From Octopus sinensis (lineage: Eukaryota): DNA of 64,000 bases. Position numbers and translations under genes: made by a program. The DNA is taken from positions 109,306,001 through 109,370,000 of the forward strand of contig NC_043003.1 in the NCBI RefSeq assembly GCF_006345805.1, read 5' to 3'. The notes under the pieces are model-generated. The model searched no databases. It saw only the letters and a program-made list of their open reading frames with translations, and was not told where the DNA came from. Positions 36,955 through 51,562 of this stretch are shown here, in pieces. Position 1 is the stretch's first letter; every line of letters starts with the position of its first letter.

Positions 36955-37052
36955 ATAATCAAATGAATAATGGCAGACGATGGATAATTGTCTGCTCATA
37001 ATTATCCATGAGCTGACAATTATCCATCGGCTGTTATTATTCATTTGATTAT
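36955..37052. repeat. Isolated hairpin with 45-bp arms and 8-nt loop
   Basis: ATAATCAAATGAATAATGGCAGACGATGGATAATTGTCTGCTCAT-aattatcc-ATGAGCTGACAATTATCCATCGGCTGTTATTATTCATTTGATTAT. Four non-Watson-Crick positions, two of them G.U on the plus strand. Confidence 0.9.
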
Positions 37053-37081
37053 CTCTCTCTCTCTCTCTCTGTCTGTGTCCC

Positions 37082-37118
<37 letters not shown>

Positions 37119-37129
37119 CACACACTCAT

Positions 37130-37187
<58 letters not shown>

Positions 37188-37964
37188 TATATATATACAT
37201 ACATATGTATGTATCTGGCTACAGTGAATGGGCTTTAAAATTAGAGTGTATACCAGAATTTAAAATCTTTATCTGAATATATATTTATATCTATCTATAC
37301 TTGTGTGTGTGTGTGTGTATTTATGTACATATAACTCATTTCTGCACCGTTTCTAACAACCAATTTCACTCACAAATCATTGGTGAGCCTCAAACAATGG
37401 CCAGAAGACACCCAGTGTGCCAAATGGTAGCACTGAACTTGGAAACATGTGGTTTTGAAGCAAACACATTAACCACACTGACCACACATACACACACACA
37501 TGCGCACACACACACACACATCCCGCTGACCATTTAACTGCTATTTCGAGCATCTTAATCAACCACATAGAGGCTCTCAACCTCATTCAGCACATAGTAT
37601 CTTTGTTTCTACTGCAATGGTTTAGTAGTTTCTGTCCAAATAATACTCTATGACACATGAAGACTGTTTTATCTTATCTTAAACCTCTTCCTCTCTTTGT
37701 CTTTATTTCTTAGACAAAGTCTGTCAATATCACTAATTCCATTGTAGCTTACCGTCGATGTTAAAATTCTACAGGTATTAATAACAATGGATTAGTTGAG
37801 TAAAAACCAGTCATGGCATTGCAAATGCATTATGGGATTATGTTTTGAAAGAGGTGCAACTCTGACTGTCAAAATTTTTCGAGCCAAATGCTGTGATTGT
37901 TTGGTCACCCTGTCCTACACATTGCCTCTGTATGATAAAATGCATGTTTGCATGAACGTGTGTG

Positions 37965-38002
<38 letters not shown>

Positions 38003-38092
38003 TTTTAAAGCCTAGCAATGTCTGGTCCAGGAATCGAAACCACAATCTTACGATCATGATGCTGACACCCAAACCACTAAGCCACGTGCCTC

Positions 38093-38126
<34 letters not shown>

Positions 38127-38374
38127 CATACAAACACATATACACATACATATATATATATATATATATCATGTATATGAGTATGTACACATGTATACAC
38201 ACACACACACACATATATATATACATACTTATATACATTTGCACACATTTATATTTATTTGCACGTTACAAAATGTGTGTACTTACAATCAAAGTGACAA
38301 AGATCGAATTTCTTGATAAAAAATCCCAGGAGATGAAATGTATGTATGAATGCATAAGTATGTATAAGTGTATC

Positions 38375-38754
38375 TCTCTCTATATAAACGGCAGTTTGTC
38401 TGTGCGTGTTTCTGTGTGTCTGTTTTCTCGTACCCTCACCCTGACCACGGCTTTCAACCGATTCTGATGAAACTGACACACGCATAGCCCAATGTCATAA
38501 TTCAAAACTAACGCAGCGAAAATTTTGAAAAGTTCCCCCAGTTCTGAAAAAAATCGATAAATTCGACATGGGGTCGAGAATCAGAAACCCAAACCACAGA
38601 CCGTCTAGGGGACGCAACTCCACCTTTTTAACTCTAAAAAAAATTTACCATCATTTTTTTTTCATTTTTTTGCTATTTTTTGGCTATAACTCTCTAAAAA
38701 TGCTTTATAGTTATTTCCCTTACAAACCTGAGCAACGCCGGGCGATACTGCTAG
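38375..38754 (+). mobile_element. Non-autonomous Helitron-type element
   Basis: 5' TCTCTATATAAA start, GTCTGT-type microsatellite, subterminal hairpin CCTGAGCAACGCCGGG and 3' CTAG|T. Confidence 0.75.
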
Positions 38755-40845
38755 TGTGCATATAAGAGTGAATTTATGTTGTTTATATATGTGTGTATAT
38801 CATCATCGTCACTACCACCACCACCACGACCACCATCATCATCACCATTATCACTATCATGGTTTAACATCCATTTTCCATGGTGGCATGAGTTAGATGA
38901 TTTGACTGGAGTTGGTAAGCCAGAGAACTGTGCCAAGCTCCACTGCCTGCTTTGGCATGATTTCTACTGCTAGATGCCTTTCCTAACACCAACCACTTTA
39001 CAAAGTGTACTGAGTGCTTCTTACATGGCATCAGCACTGGTGAGGTCACCAAGTATCGTGTAAAACAAAGATCCCTCAACTGACATGGAACAGTATTGAT
39101 GAAGGTTGCTGAAAATAGATAAATTATCAATAACCATTATAATTTATGCATCTCAAAACAAGCTGATAGAAATTTCTAAAAAATTTCGTTATTACCGTAT
39201 TGGTCCCAATTTCAGAGTTAATTCATAAGAATTTTCTCCTCCTCAGCAATAAATACGTAAGACATAAATGAAATACTTACTCATACCCATGGAAAAAGCA
39301 AGCACTAAGTCCTGAGCAGACTTAGCAGACTTAATTCCTTTTGCCAAGACTGTCCGTAAACGAAGTGATCCCAAGATAAGAAATCTTTGAACTTTAATTC
39401 ATCCCGTATCTCTATTTATTATTTATTATTTATTATTTATCATTATTCTGATCCCCCTAGTCGCCACTCTGTTTACTATTTCAGCCTCGCCTCGTTTTTG
39501 CATATTCTGTATAATTCATTAGTTATCGTTATAGATATTTAAGATCTATCTCCCTTACAGGGCTGATTCTTCGCGGTGCGCCCGCCCTACCCACCCCCAC
39601 CACCAATACCGGATATCTCTATTTTGCTCCAACTATACCGGATGTCGTTTCTCCCACCACCATTATAGGTGTCTACTCTTTGAACCCCCCTCTTCAATAC
39701 GCTATTTCACCATGCATTACCCCTCTCTTGATATCCTACGTTCTACTTACCTAGAACCTGTCCTCTGAACCACCCCTCCCACTGGTGCTCCCCTATATTT
39801 CTGCACCCCCCCCCCATAAAAAGCACCATCCGAACGTGGCCGATGCCAGACCCCTCTGGCACCTGTGCAGGTGGCACGTAAAAAACACCCACTACACTCG
39901 CGGAGTGGTTGGCGTTAGGAAGGGCATCCAGCTGTAGAAACGCTGCCAGACTAGACTGGAGCCTGGGGCAGTCCCGAGCTCCCCAGACCCCGGTCGAAAC
40001 CGTCCAACCGTGCTAGCGCGGAAAACGGACGTTAAACGATGATGATGATGATGATGATATATATATGTCAATGTATGTATATGTATAAATGCAAGCAAGT
40101 AAATAAATAATTGAATAAATACATATACTGGCATAGGAGCCAGTCAGGCAACACTGGCAATGGTACTTTTCTCAAATGGTACTTTTCTCAAATGGTACTT
40201 TTGTGAGTCACAACACGGGAGCCAGGCAGGTGGCACTGGCACTGGCACCAGCCATGGCAATGACTTTACTTGACTCAACGGGTCTCTGCAAGCCCAGTTT
40301 ATTGCCCAATGATTGAGGAGTAAACTTAAATGGGCCGGTTTTGCTGTGTCTGTATGTATGCAAAAGTGAATGCATACAATGTAAGTATATATACAGTGTG
40401 TGTGTGTGTGTATGTATGAATATATGTGTATATGAATGGATGCATGTGTAGCTGTAAGTGCATGTATGTAAATATATGTATATCTGGCAGATATGCTTTT
40501 ATGCAGAGATGTATGAATGCATGAATGTGCGTCTTTATGGTTCATAATGTCTACCTGACACTGGATCAGAATGGTGATAAGTGCAGCAAAGATTGTCAAC
40601 ATAGATTAAGTTCAATAAATTGATTTTTTTCTGTTTTTGTTTTTATTTTTCAGTAATGAAATCTCAACTATTTTTATACAAAAAAAAAATAAATGAGCAA
40701 AATCCACCCCTCCTCCTCCTCCTCCTCATCATCATCATCATCATCACCACCACCACCACCACCACTGTCGTCGTCGTTGTCCTCATCATCATCATCACCA
40801 CCACCACCGTCGTCGTCGTCGTTGTCCTCATCATCACCATCATCT

Positions 40846-42450
40846 TATTGTCGAGGACCTTACTCCGTATCCAGTACTGTGATGTTGTAGATTGAAGATG
40901 TGTGTCCTGGCGATTTGTGCTGCCTTGTCAAGTTATAACAACGACCTCTAACAAACAGCATTTCATGCAGTTCCAATTAATGCTGATTTGCTCACTACAC
41001 CCATGTCTTAGGGTATTTCTAAAGTGCCAAGATGTTGCTTCAGGTTGGGTGGTATTGAAACCATTGCTCCGGTGACAACAGAAAAGACCTTTATGTTTGA
41101 CCCTTGCAGCTGCCATGTCTTGGTGATCTTGATTTTTAGGTCTCCTTATTTGTCAACCTTTTCCCTTTCTTCCATGCCAATTTGTTGATCTTCTAACACT
41201 GCTATATCAATTATTAGGCACACTTTTTCCCCTCTAAAAGGCTATGATATTTGGTCTTCAGGGCTCTTAATACCTTGTCAGTCTGGAAGTCAAAATCGTG
41301 TTCTTGTTTTTGTCCATTACCTTTTCTGATATATATTGGTACCAAGTGCCTATTACCTCATATCCAAACTTCCAGTACAATAGCCAGTTCAGGGCTACCA
41401 TGTCATGTCTGCATTTGTACTTTTTCTGCACAAAATTTTCACAAGTGCTAATGATATGCGTCACACTTTCAACCTTCTTCCCAGACATTCTGCAGAAGTT
41501 CATTGCACTTGTGTGGTATAAATCTCTTTTCACTGAACGGCAATGATCAGGCTTTCAATTCTCCTTATATGGTCACCTTTGCTGAACCACATCCACAATG
41601 CTTCCTGTTTTTGTTAAGTTGTTAATTTCATGGTGGAGCGGACCAAATAATCCCATGCAGAGTAGTGTATCTTCACTCACAGAGGCTATTCATGACTGGA
41701 ATTCATTAGCATTCTCAGCCCCCTTATTTGTAAATCCTTCTGCAATAGCAGCATGCCGTAGCAGGCCTTGTTCACTGTTTACTAAATATTCTGTCAAGTT
41801 TCTTCTTTCAGTCTCCATGCACTTCCATACACTTTTCAGGTCATGTCCACCCTTTCCTCTCTTCATGTACAGACTGTGTAAATTTGCCTTAGGGTGGAGA
41901 GCACCAGCCATTGTCATTGTCTTTTGGGTAGTGTGATAGAGTTGGTCAATGTCTGCTCATATCCATTTCAGAATGGGTGCATTATAGCAAACCACAGCAA
42001 CAACCAATATGTTGATGGCAGTCATGAGGTTTCTTGCATTGAGTTTTGATTTCAAGAGAAGTTTGAGGTGCCCCAATTTAACAGTGGTGACCTTGTTTTT
42101 CATTTCTCTGAGCAAGATATTGTCCTGCCCCAGAATTTCAAAGTACTTGTACCCACTATCATATGGATTTTCTTTTCCCTTCTCCATTTCGCAATTCTAT
42201 GCCCCTGCAATCTGCTCTATTTCTCCACTTCAAAGTGACATTGCACACTTTCAGATCTTGCATTCCATTCCAAAATCTTTGTTGCACATCTGTTCAGTCT
42301 CAACCATCCTTGTCACTTTCAGTTTCGAAAACAGTTTTGAATCCTCCATGAAGAGAAGGTGGTTGAGACGAGGTTCATTCTTCCTCAACTCATAGTGACT
42401 TTGACTTTGCATAGAGCCACAGAAAGTAGGATCAAGACAATAACAAATAG
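40846..42450 (-). pseudogene. Decayed R4/Dong-clade LINE (RT end to RLE)
   Basis: LNHLLFMEDSKLF (YxDD-like), YKYFEIL, LLLKSKLNARNLMTAIN, LHPKANLHSLYMKRGKGG and CRMSGKKVESVTHIISTCE...RHDMV. Confidence 0.85.
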
Positions 42451-44029
42451 CAAACTTGTGGATTGTGCTATTACACAATCATGCCTAAACTGTGTGAATG
42501 ATTGATTAGTTTTTGCACCTGGTTATCTCCCCAATTTAATTGCACCTCATTTAAGTGTGAAATGCTGACCTCTGGCCAACCACACATCAGTGAGTTTTGT
42601 TCAGCAGATTTCACCACACATTTGTATTATTTAACCAATGAGACAACTCGTGTGTTGTTCATTAAGTGAGATCACTCCTATTTATATCGATCAAGAATAA
42701 ACCTAGGATGACACTTCATTTTTGGCTTTTGACAAGTAACAGGCTTTTTTACTTGTGTCCCCTCATAAGCTACCCCATGTTTCTGAAATGTATGCTTCTT
42801 CAACATTGTCCCCTTAAATAAGATTTATTTAATGTGTTTATGGTCTATGACCATAGTGTATCATGCTGTGATTTTTCAGGCCTTTTTGCTTCTATCCTTT
42901 CAATAGTTAGTATTTACTAATTGCTATTGTTACGAAAGCGGAAAAAAATATATTGATTTTGCATTCGTGTGATGCAAACATCACTCAATGTCTTTTAAAA
43001 GAAAAAAAGAAAAGGAAAAGAAGAAAAAAAAACGAAGTCTCCTTTAAAAGAAAGAAAAAGAAAACTTGAACAGTTTGTGTTGTCAGACGGAGAAATAGAA
43101 AAAAGCCTTTAAAAAGAGAGAGGAGACAGTAGAGGAGAAGGACAAATGGACGGCTGTGGAGTTAGGTTGGTAGGAAAGACAGAGGTCAGTTGTTGAGTGG
43201 ACAGGAAAAAGAATGGTGTTGCAGAATGGTGTTGTGTTGTCATGGTGTCGGGGCAGTTGTCAAGTAGGCTTAGGGAAATGGTGAGCTGGAAGGAAGACAG
43301 GAAAAGAGTTTGGTTGTTGAGTAGGCAAAAAAGGTTGGTTGAAGAATGGTCATCATGTAGGTGTTGTGTCATCATGTTGTGTTCTGTGTTGAGATCAACA
43401 AAAGTCTGTGAGTCGGTAGTTGCATCATGGAGATGTTCATGTTGTGAATTCATCACAAAAATTGAATTTGATGACACGCAATAGTTTGGATTTGTTGTTG
43501 ATGGCTTTTCTGGCTTCTCGATGCTGCTTTTTCCATTTCTGTGGAGGTAATTGACTTGTTGAGTGGGTTTCCACACGTGGTATCACAAGGGCCATGCATT
43601 TGTGTGGTTCGTAACACTAAGTTCGAAATGAACAAACATACTGACACTTACTTACTTACCGCTGTAGCCACACTATTCAATTTCCTTTATCACAGGTTGT
43701 CCATATGCTGTGTTGCTCCTAATCTTAAAAATCTGAGTTTTGATTGGTACACAAAATCTTGCAAAACATACTCACTTTCTCAGAACACATAGATTTATTA
43801 CACTTTTTCACAATTTATATCTGTGTTTAGATCTGCTTACTTAAACCTTATTTGTCCACATTTTATTGTCCTCCCTGGTTCTTTAAAAACAATGCCTTCC
43901 AAGAAAAGAACTTTCATTGGTCACCAAGTTTAAATTGTTACCATTGGATTCATCTTGGCTGGTAACACCGCCGCTGAGACTTTTAAGACTGAACAATCCA
44001 AAAGCTTGGCAATACCTGCTCAGAGGCCT

Positions 44030-44560
44030 ATACAAAGTTTTCATTAGGGTTTCAATGTTTTCAATGGATTCAAGGAGATCTTGTGCAACTGAAACCCGAG
44101 TGTCACTTTGGTTATCTGAAAGCAGTTTTAGCACATACTTGGCAGACACGCATCTCATACCCAAATCTTTCAGCGATAATGGACTGAACTGAACAGTAAC
44201 TAATCTGCACATTTTCTGATAACTGATGGATGATGATTCAGCAATTTCCCCTCACAGCTGGATGCACATCTGTGATGTTTTTCTCAGTTCTACTGGTTGC
44301 AGGTCTCCCAGAACGTTCGTCACTATTGACATTTTTTGACCATCTTAGAAATGTCTGAACCACTCATACACTTGTATGCAGATCATACACTCCTCTCTAT
44401 ACACTCTCTGCAACTTTGCATAGGTTTCTGAGCAAGTATCGCCAATACAACTTTCTCTGTTAAGGTCAATGTGATGATCACACACTACACACCTTCCTTC
44501 CAAGCACTGCTGTAAACAGCGGAAGTGAACTAGAACATTTAAACTTAGTGTGCATGCACA
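44030..44560 (-). pseudogene. Mariner transposase N-terminal remnant
   Basis: KDLGMRCVSAKYVLKLLSDNQSDTRVSVAQDLLESIEN (WVP-equivalent linker); upstream VYEWFRHF. Confidence 0.8.
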
Positions 44561-44648
44561 ACAGAGTTCAAGGTCAATCTTTGCATACTTGTGCTTCGTT
44601 ACTATGACAACAGTCTGGATACATATTGATCAGACCTTATGTATGTAT

Positions 44649-44719
<71 letters not shown>

Positions 44720-44814
44720 CACCAGCGATAATAATTAATTTTATTGTATCACATTTGACTTTGTTTACATATATATATATATGTATATATCATCATCATC
44801 ATCATAAAACAGAT

Positions 44815-45375
44815 ACTCTTTTACTCTTTTACTTGTTTCAGTCATTTGACTGTGGCCATGCTGGAGCACCGCCTTTAGTCGAGCAAATCGACCACAGGAC
44901 TTATTCTTTGTAAGCCTAGTACTTATTCTATCGATCTCTTTTGCCGAACCGCTAAGTTACGGGGACGTAAACACACCAGCATTGGTTGTCAAGTGATGTT
45001 AGGGGGACAAACACAGACACACAAACATATACACACACAAACACACACATACATACATATATATTACATGTATATGATGGGCTTCTTTCAGTTTCCGTCT
45101 ACCAAATCCACTCACAAGGCTTTGGTTGGCCTGAAGCTATAGTAGAAGACACTTGCACAAGGTGCCAGGCAGATGTTAAATGATGATGATAATGTATATA
45201 TATATATATATATATGGTGGGCTTCTTTCAGTTTCCATCTAGCAAATCCACACATAAGGCTTTGATCAACTTGGGGCTATAATGAAGGTCACTTGCCCAG
45301 TGTGCTGTACAGTAGGACTGAACTGTGAGGTGTGGCCTTGTACTAAGAAGCAAACTTCTTACCACACAGTACCAC
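44815..45375 (-). mobile_element. SINE S1 near-full copy (44815-45170) plus a second 5' fragment (45210-45375)
   Basis: Match to 1285-1671. Confidence 0.85.
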
Positions 45376-45391
45376 AGAGAGAGGGGGGGAG

Positions 45392-45428
<37 letters not shown>

Positions 45429-45760
45429 ACTGGGAAAAGTTAATCTTGGCTTTTGAGAAGATAGAAGTGGTTCTCTGGGATATATGAGGAATTATCTCAG
45501 AAGGAAAAGACAAAAGCTATGACCCTTTCTATTGTACATTTTATAACTAAAGAGAACCAAAACACGGTAGAGTGAAATTGTGTTTTTAACATAACAAACA
45601 CACACATACACACATACATATATATGTACATACATACATGCATACATATATACATACATACATACATTTATACATACATATATACACACAGTGATTTGTT
45701 CATATGTCTTCATATGTATGTCATATATATATATATATATATTGTATGTATGTATGTATG

Positions 45761-45796
<36 letters not shown>

Positions 45797-45969
45797 ATAT
45801 ATATATGTATGGATATATATACACACACACATACTTACATACATGCATACATACACATATACATACACACATGTACACACACACGCACATACCTACCTAC
45901 CTACATGCATACATACATACATGCATGCATACACATACATATACATACATAAACACACACACACACACA

Positions 45970-46002
<33 letters not shown>

Positions 46003-46538
46003 CCTACCTATGTAACTACTACCTACCTACATGCACACATGCATACATGCATGCATGCATGCATACATACATGCCTACATGGTGAAGTAATGCAGAACAT
46101 GGCGAATTAATGTAAAACTGGCAAACTACTGTGGAACTTGGAAAACTAGTGTAGAACTTGCAGTCCTTGTACCCTGACTATGAATTATTTGTACCCTTCA
46201 TCATGGGTGCATTAGGTTATGTACCAACAAATTTGCACAGAAACCTAGAAATATTTAGTTTCATGGAGTAAAAGCAAAAGAAACTGACACGGATTGTCCA
46301 AATTCAACTATTAGTGGCACAATGAAGATCTGAAAGGCATTCCGAAAATTCTTCATCTGAAACACTTATGTGAACAGATGCACACACTTGGGTGTATGTA
46401 TTGACGCTTCAACCAACACCCAACTCAACTACATATTTACAGACACTGGGAAATCTCTTAACTCAAAAAGTCTTGTCGCTTTGTTACCGACCAACTTGAA
46501 CTATCTTGAGAAGAACTTATATAAAGCTCAAAGAAAAA

Positions 46539-46575
<37 letters not shown>

Positions 46576-47084
46576 TACACACATACAAGCATGCCTCCAT
46601 ACATACCTACCTATCTACCTACCTACCTTTATACATGCATATATACATACATACATTCATATTCTCCTACACTAAATTATATGTGATTAATATAAGTGAC
46701 AAAGCAAAAATCTCATTACAAGAAATAACAAAGAATATATAATTCTTTATTACAAGACATACATCAAAAGATCCAAGACAAATTTAGTTTCATCATTATG
46801 AAATCTTCAGCAAGCAGAAATCAATAATTGAAGCTGGACATTAAAATTCTTTATTATTTCATACTGCCAGAAGCATTTTCAACATGGTGTCAGCATGACT
46901 GTGTGGTAAGAAGCTTGCTTCCCAAACTACATGGTTCCAGGTTCAGTTCCACTGTATGACCACTTGGATAATTGTCTTCTACTACAGTGTCGGTCCAACC
47001 AAAGTGGATTTGGTAGACTGAAAGAAGACCATCACATGTGCATGCATGTGTGTGTTTGCTCTCCAACAATGCTTGACATCTGGT

Positions 47085-47537
47085 GTTGGTGAACAGTTTT
47101 TGCGGAAACTGGGTTCTTGAGATGGTCATAAAGTTCTGCAATAATTTTGGGAGCTGTAGTTTTGTGATCTTTCTAACAATTTGTGTAAGAGTCTGACAGT
47201 TTATTCCGAAGTTTTGTTTTGATGAGGCAATTTTTCTCTCTTTTTCAAAGTACTTTTTGATACACATTTCAGCTGTTTTCATTAGGCTAGCACCTGCCAT
47301 ACAAGCACCAACAATTTAGCCTCTTTGAAAGTCTGATAGATCTGTCATTTTAATGAATTTTAATTAGCTTTTTCTGATTATATCTGAAAAGAAACAGTAA
47401 TTTTAGCAAAACATATTAAGCAACACTAAAAATGAATCAAAAAGCATCAAAATAAGCAAGCTTTTAATGGTTTTATAGACATTTCAAAATTATGATGCTA
47501 TGATGCTAGGTGTTTCCATTATTTTGACCAACCCCTG
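47085..47537 (-). pseudogene. Tc1-like element left end with transposase N-terminus
   Basis: TIR TA|CAGGGGTTGGTCAAAATAATGGAAACAC. Peptide MTDLSDFQRG*IVGACMAGASLMKTAE. It abuts an S1 SINE fragment at 46888-47090. Confidence 0.8.
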
Positions 47538-47568
<31 letters not shown>

Positions 47569-48063
47569 AGAAGTTAAATTAACCTCATTAAGGGATGGTA
47601 ATTGAAACAGTTGTAAGGGACTATGTTAGATTTTTGCAGATAATAATTTTTATTAAATGCTATATCTCCCTTTTCTTTTCTTTTGAATGTATGTGTGCGT
47701 GTGTGTGTGTGTGTGCGTATGCATGTATGTATATATGTGTGTGTATGTATAGATGTGTGTGTGTGTGTGTATGTGTGTGTATCTTCCTCTTCCTCCTCCT
47801 CCTAGCCATCATTTAACATTTTTTTTCCCATGCTGGCACAGATTGGACAGTTCAACAGAAATTGGTATGGCTGGGTGCGGCATTAGGCTTCATTGTCTGT
47901 TTTGGCTTGGTTCTTACAGCCGGGTGGCCTTCCTAATGCCAGCCAACATACAGCGTCTGCCTTTTTACATGGCATCGGCACTGACCGGATCACCAAGTAT
48001 CTTGCAAGACAAAAACCTGTCCACTGGAATATATGTGTGTATGCATATATATGTATGCGTGTG

Positions 48064-48098
<35 letters not shown>

Positions 48099-48355
48099 AT
48101 CTATGTATGTATGTCGATATCTATAAATATATCATATATATACATGCACACAAACTCACAGATACACACGTATACAAGCATACATACATGCCTGCATACA
48201 TACATACCTGCATGTATATGTGCATGTGTGTGTGTGTATATATATATATATATAAAGTTAATCCAAACAAGAAATATACATATATATATATACACACACT
48301 CACATGTATATGTATATATATATATAAATAAATATACACACACACACACACACAC

Positions 48356-48568
48356 ATAATATATACATCATATGTCTTTTGTTTTGCTTAGATATTGATT
48401 GTTCTACAAAGACGTTGGTATTTTTCTAAGAACATTGTCTATGCTTCAGGAGATGACTCATATCTATTTGCTTTATCGTCGTTGTTTTTGTTGCAATTAC
48501 ATTTTTTTATAGTTTTGTCAATATTGTTCATGCCATCAATGTTACTGTGTGTTGATATTGCTGTCATT

Positions 48569-48616
<48 letters not shown>

Positions 48617-48902
48617 GTCATCATCTGTACCAATCAATTATGTTATTATACTTATTGATTTAGCAATCAGATATTCTGCACTCATTGGTTATGTACACAA
48701 ACATACCCACATATATATGTACCCCACCCCATAGTCAGCCACCTGATCCCTGCACACATATATATATGCATATTCATTCATGCATACATAATACAAACAT
48801 ACTTACATACTTATATATATATATATATCATTATCTATGTCTATCTATCTATCTCTCTATCTCTCTATCTATTTATCTATCTATCTATTTCTCTCTCTCT
48901 CC

Positions 48903-48938
<36 letters not shown>

Positions 48939-49258
48939 TTATATATATATGTATTTATATATACATAAATATAAATATATGCATGCACATGTATGTATAT
49001 ATATATGTATATATACATATTCTTACACACACACACACACACACACATAATATATACATCATATGTCTTTTGTTTTGCTTAGATATTGATTGTTCTACAA
49101 AGACGTTGGTATTTTTCTAAGAACATTGTCTATGCTTCAGGAGATGACTCATATCTATTTGCTTAATCGTCGTTGTTTTTGTTGCAATTACATTTTTTTA
49201 TAGTTTTGTCAATATTGTTCATGCCATCAATGTTACTGTGTGTTGATATTGCTGTCAT

Positions 49259-49297
<39 letters not shown>

Positions 49298-49582
49298 TGT
49301 ACCAATCAATTATGTTATTATACTTATTGATTTAGCAATCAGATATTCTGCACTCATTGGTTATGTACACAAACATACCCACATATATATGTACCCCACC
49401 CCATAGTCAGCCACCTGATCCCTGCACACATATATATATGCATATTCATTCATGCATACATAATACAAACATACTTACATACTTATATATATATATATAT
49501 CATTATCTATGTCTATCTATCTATCTCTCTATCTCTCTATCTCTCTATCTATTTATCTATCTATCTATTTCTCTCTCTCTCC

Positions 49583-49618
<36 letters not shown>

Positions 49619-49962
49619 TTATATATATATGTATTTATATATACATAAATATAAATATATGCATGCACATGTATGTATATATATATGTATATATACATAT
49701 TCTTACACACACACACACACACACACACAACACACACACACACACACACATAATATATACATCATATGTCTTTTGTTTTGCTTAGATATTGATTGTTCTA
49801 CAAAGACGTTGGTATTTTTCTAAGAACATTGTCTATGCTTCAGGAGATGACTCATATCTATTTGCTTTATCGTCGTTGTTTTTGTTGCAATTACATTTTT
49901 TTATAGTTTTGTCAATATTGTTCATGCCATCAATGTTACTGTGTGTTGATATTGCTGTCATT

Positions 49963-49998
<36 letters not shown>

Positions 49999-50283
49999 TG
50001 TACCAATCAATTATGTTATTATACTTATTGATTTAGCAATCAGATATTCTGCACTCATTGGTTATGTACACAAACATACCCACATATATATGTACCCCAC
50101 CCCATAGTCAGCCACCTGATCCCTGCACACATATATATATGCATATTCATTCATGCATACATAATACAAACATACTTACATACTTATATATATATATATA
50201 TCATTATCTATGTCTATCTATCTATCTCTCTATCTCTCTATCTCTCTATCTATTTATCTATCTATCTATTTCTCTCTCTCTCC

Positions 50284-50321
<38 letters not shown>

Positions 50322-50440
50322 TTATATATATATGTATTTATATATACATAAATATAAATATATGCATGCACATGTATGTATATATATATGTATTTATATA
50401 TATATGTATATATACATATTCTTACACACACACACACACA
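48356..50440. repeat. Near-identical tandem triplication, unit ~690-700 bp
   Basis: ATAATATATACATCATATGTCTTTTGTTTTGCTTAG starts at 48356, 49047 and 49750. The copies differ mainly in microsatellite lengths. Confidence 0.95.
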
Positions 50441-51562
50441 TATATATATATAAAGAGAGAAAAATCTTGGGTAATGTTCGGTCTAATGACATAATGTAAT
50501 AAGTACATACAATTAGTGCTCAAGTTGACTTACCATCCAAAACTCCAACTTGAACTGCATCTAAAGGCAGTGATATTATAGCTACCTGGCAATGGATGAT
50601 TAGAAGCAGTTTATCAGTTACATGTACACTAGAATAAAAGTATGAACAGGCAAACAACCGATATCGGTTTACATTATGCACAATCCAATGCAATATTTCC
50701 ACGTTTATTTATTTAAATGTAATTGCTGAGTTGTTACAATAGAGTAGATAAAAAGAAAGTAAGAAGCTGTGCAGATAGTTTCTTAACATCCGTTTCAAGA
50801 ATAGATGTGCAGATGGTGCATTTCCTGGCAAGCAAAAATAAGCTTATCCATTTAGTAATGACCAATTCCATCTTCAGAGAGAAAATATGAGGTAGACCCT
50901 TAGTAGAAGATTATTGTAGTGATTAGTTCCACTGTGAGAGAGAGAGAGAGAGAGGTAGACGATAAGTATGTAGCAAGATTATTCAGCAATCAGGTCACTA
51001 TACCTGATGTTGTGATTTGCTAGAATATGACCCACATAATAAGAAGTATCTAACCAATCGCGACTTTTCCTAGAACTGGCTCCAGCAACAATTTCATCTT
51101 TTCACACCTCTGAGCCTATCCAGCACTTTTTATGCCAAGTAGTTAAGTACAACTTAACTGCTTGACAGAGAACATTGAGAGGGAACAGAGATTGGATGGC
51201 AGATGAACAGTGGACAAATACAAGCAGCTGCTGACCCAAGTTGACAGCAGCTAAAAGATGACGAACAACGACAGCAACACCAGCACCGACTAACCACACA
51301 TTGACTACTGTTACAATAATACCAAGAACTACAACATACAAACTCTCTCGTTTTGTTGTTTGTTGTAATGACAGCACTTTTCTTTGTGTAAGAAAAAAAA
51401 AAGTATTTTGTTTATCATAAATCGCAACCGTTTTCAGGTTGGTCATTTTGGTACAAGTAGAAAGCTTTAGTCAACTACTAACTAGTGAGAGGTATAAAGA
51501 ACAGTAGAAAGGAAAGACAGGGTCATGATAATATAAGAGTAGATAGAGACTAAAGTTCATAG

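Noticed and set aside
43109-43647. 155-aa minus ORF and a PLNKSITSTEMEKAAS segment resembling a LINE RT-proximal region
   Set aside because: Only one weak motif and compositionally biased sequence; cannot be assigned.
46150-46400. Possible further R4-like 3' tip (LYPDYELFVPFIMGALGYVP)
   Set aside because: Plausible, but too short and decayed to list with useful confidence.
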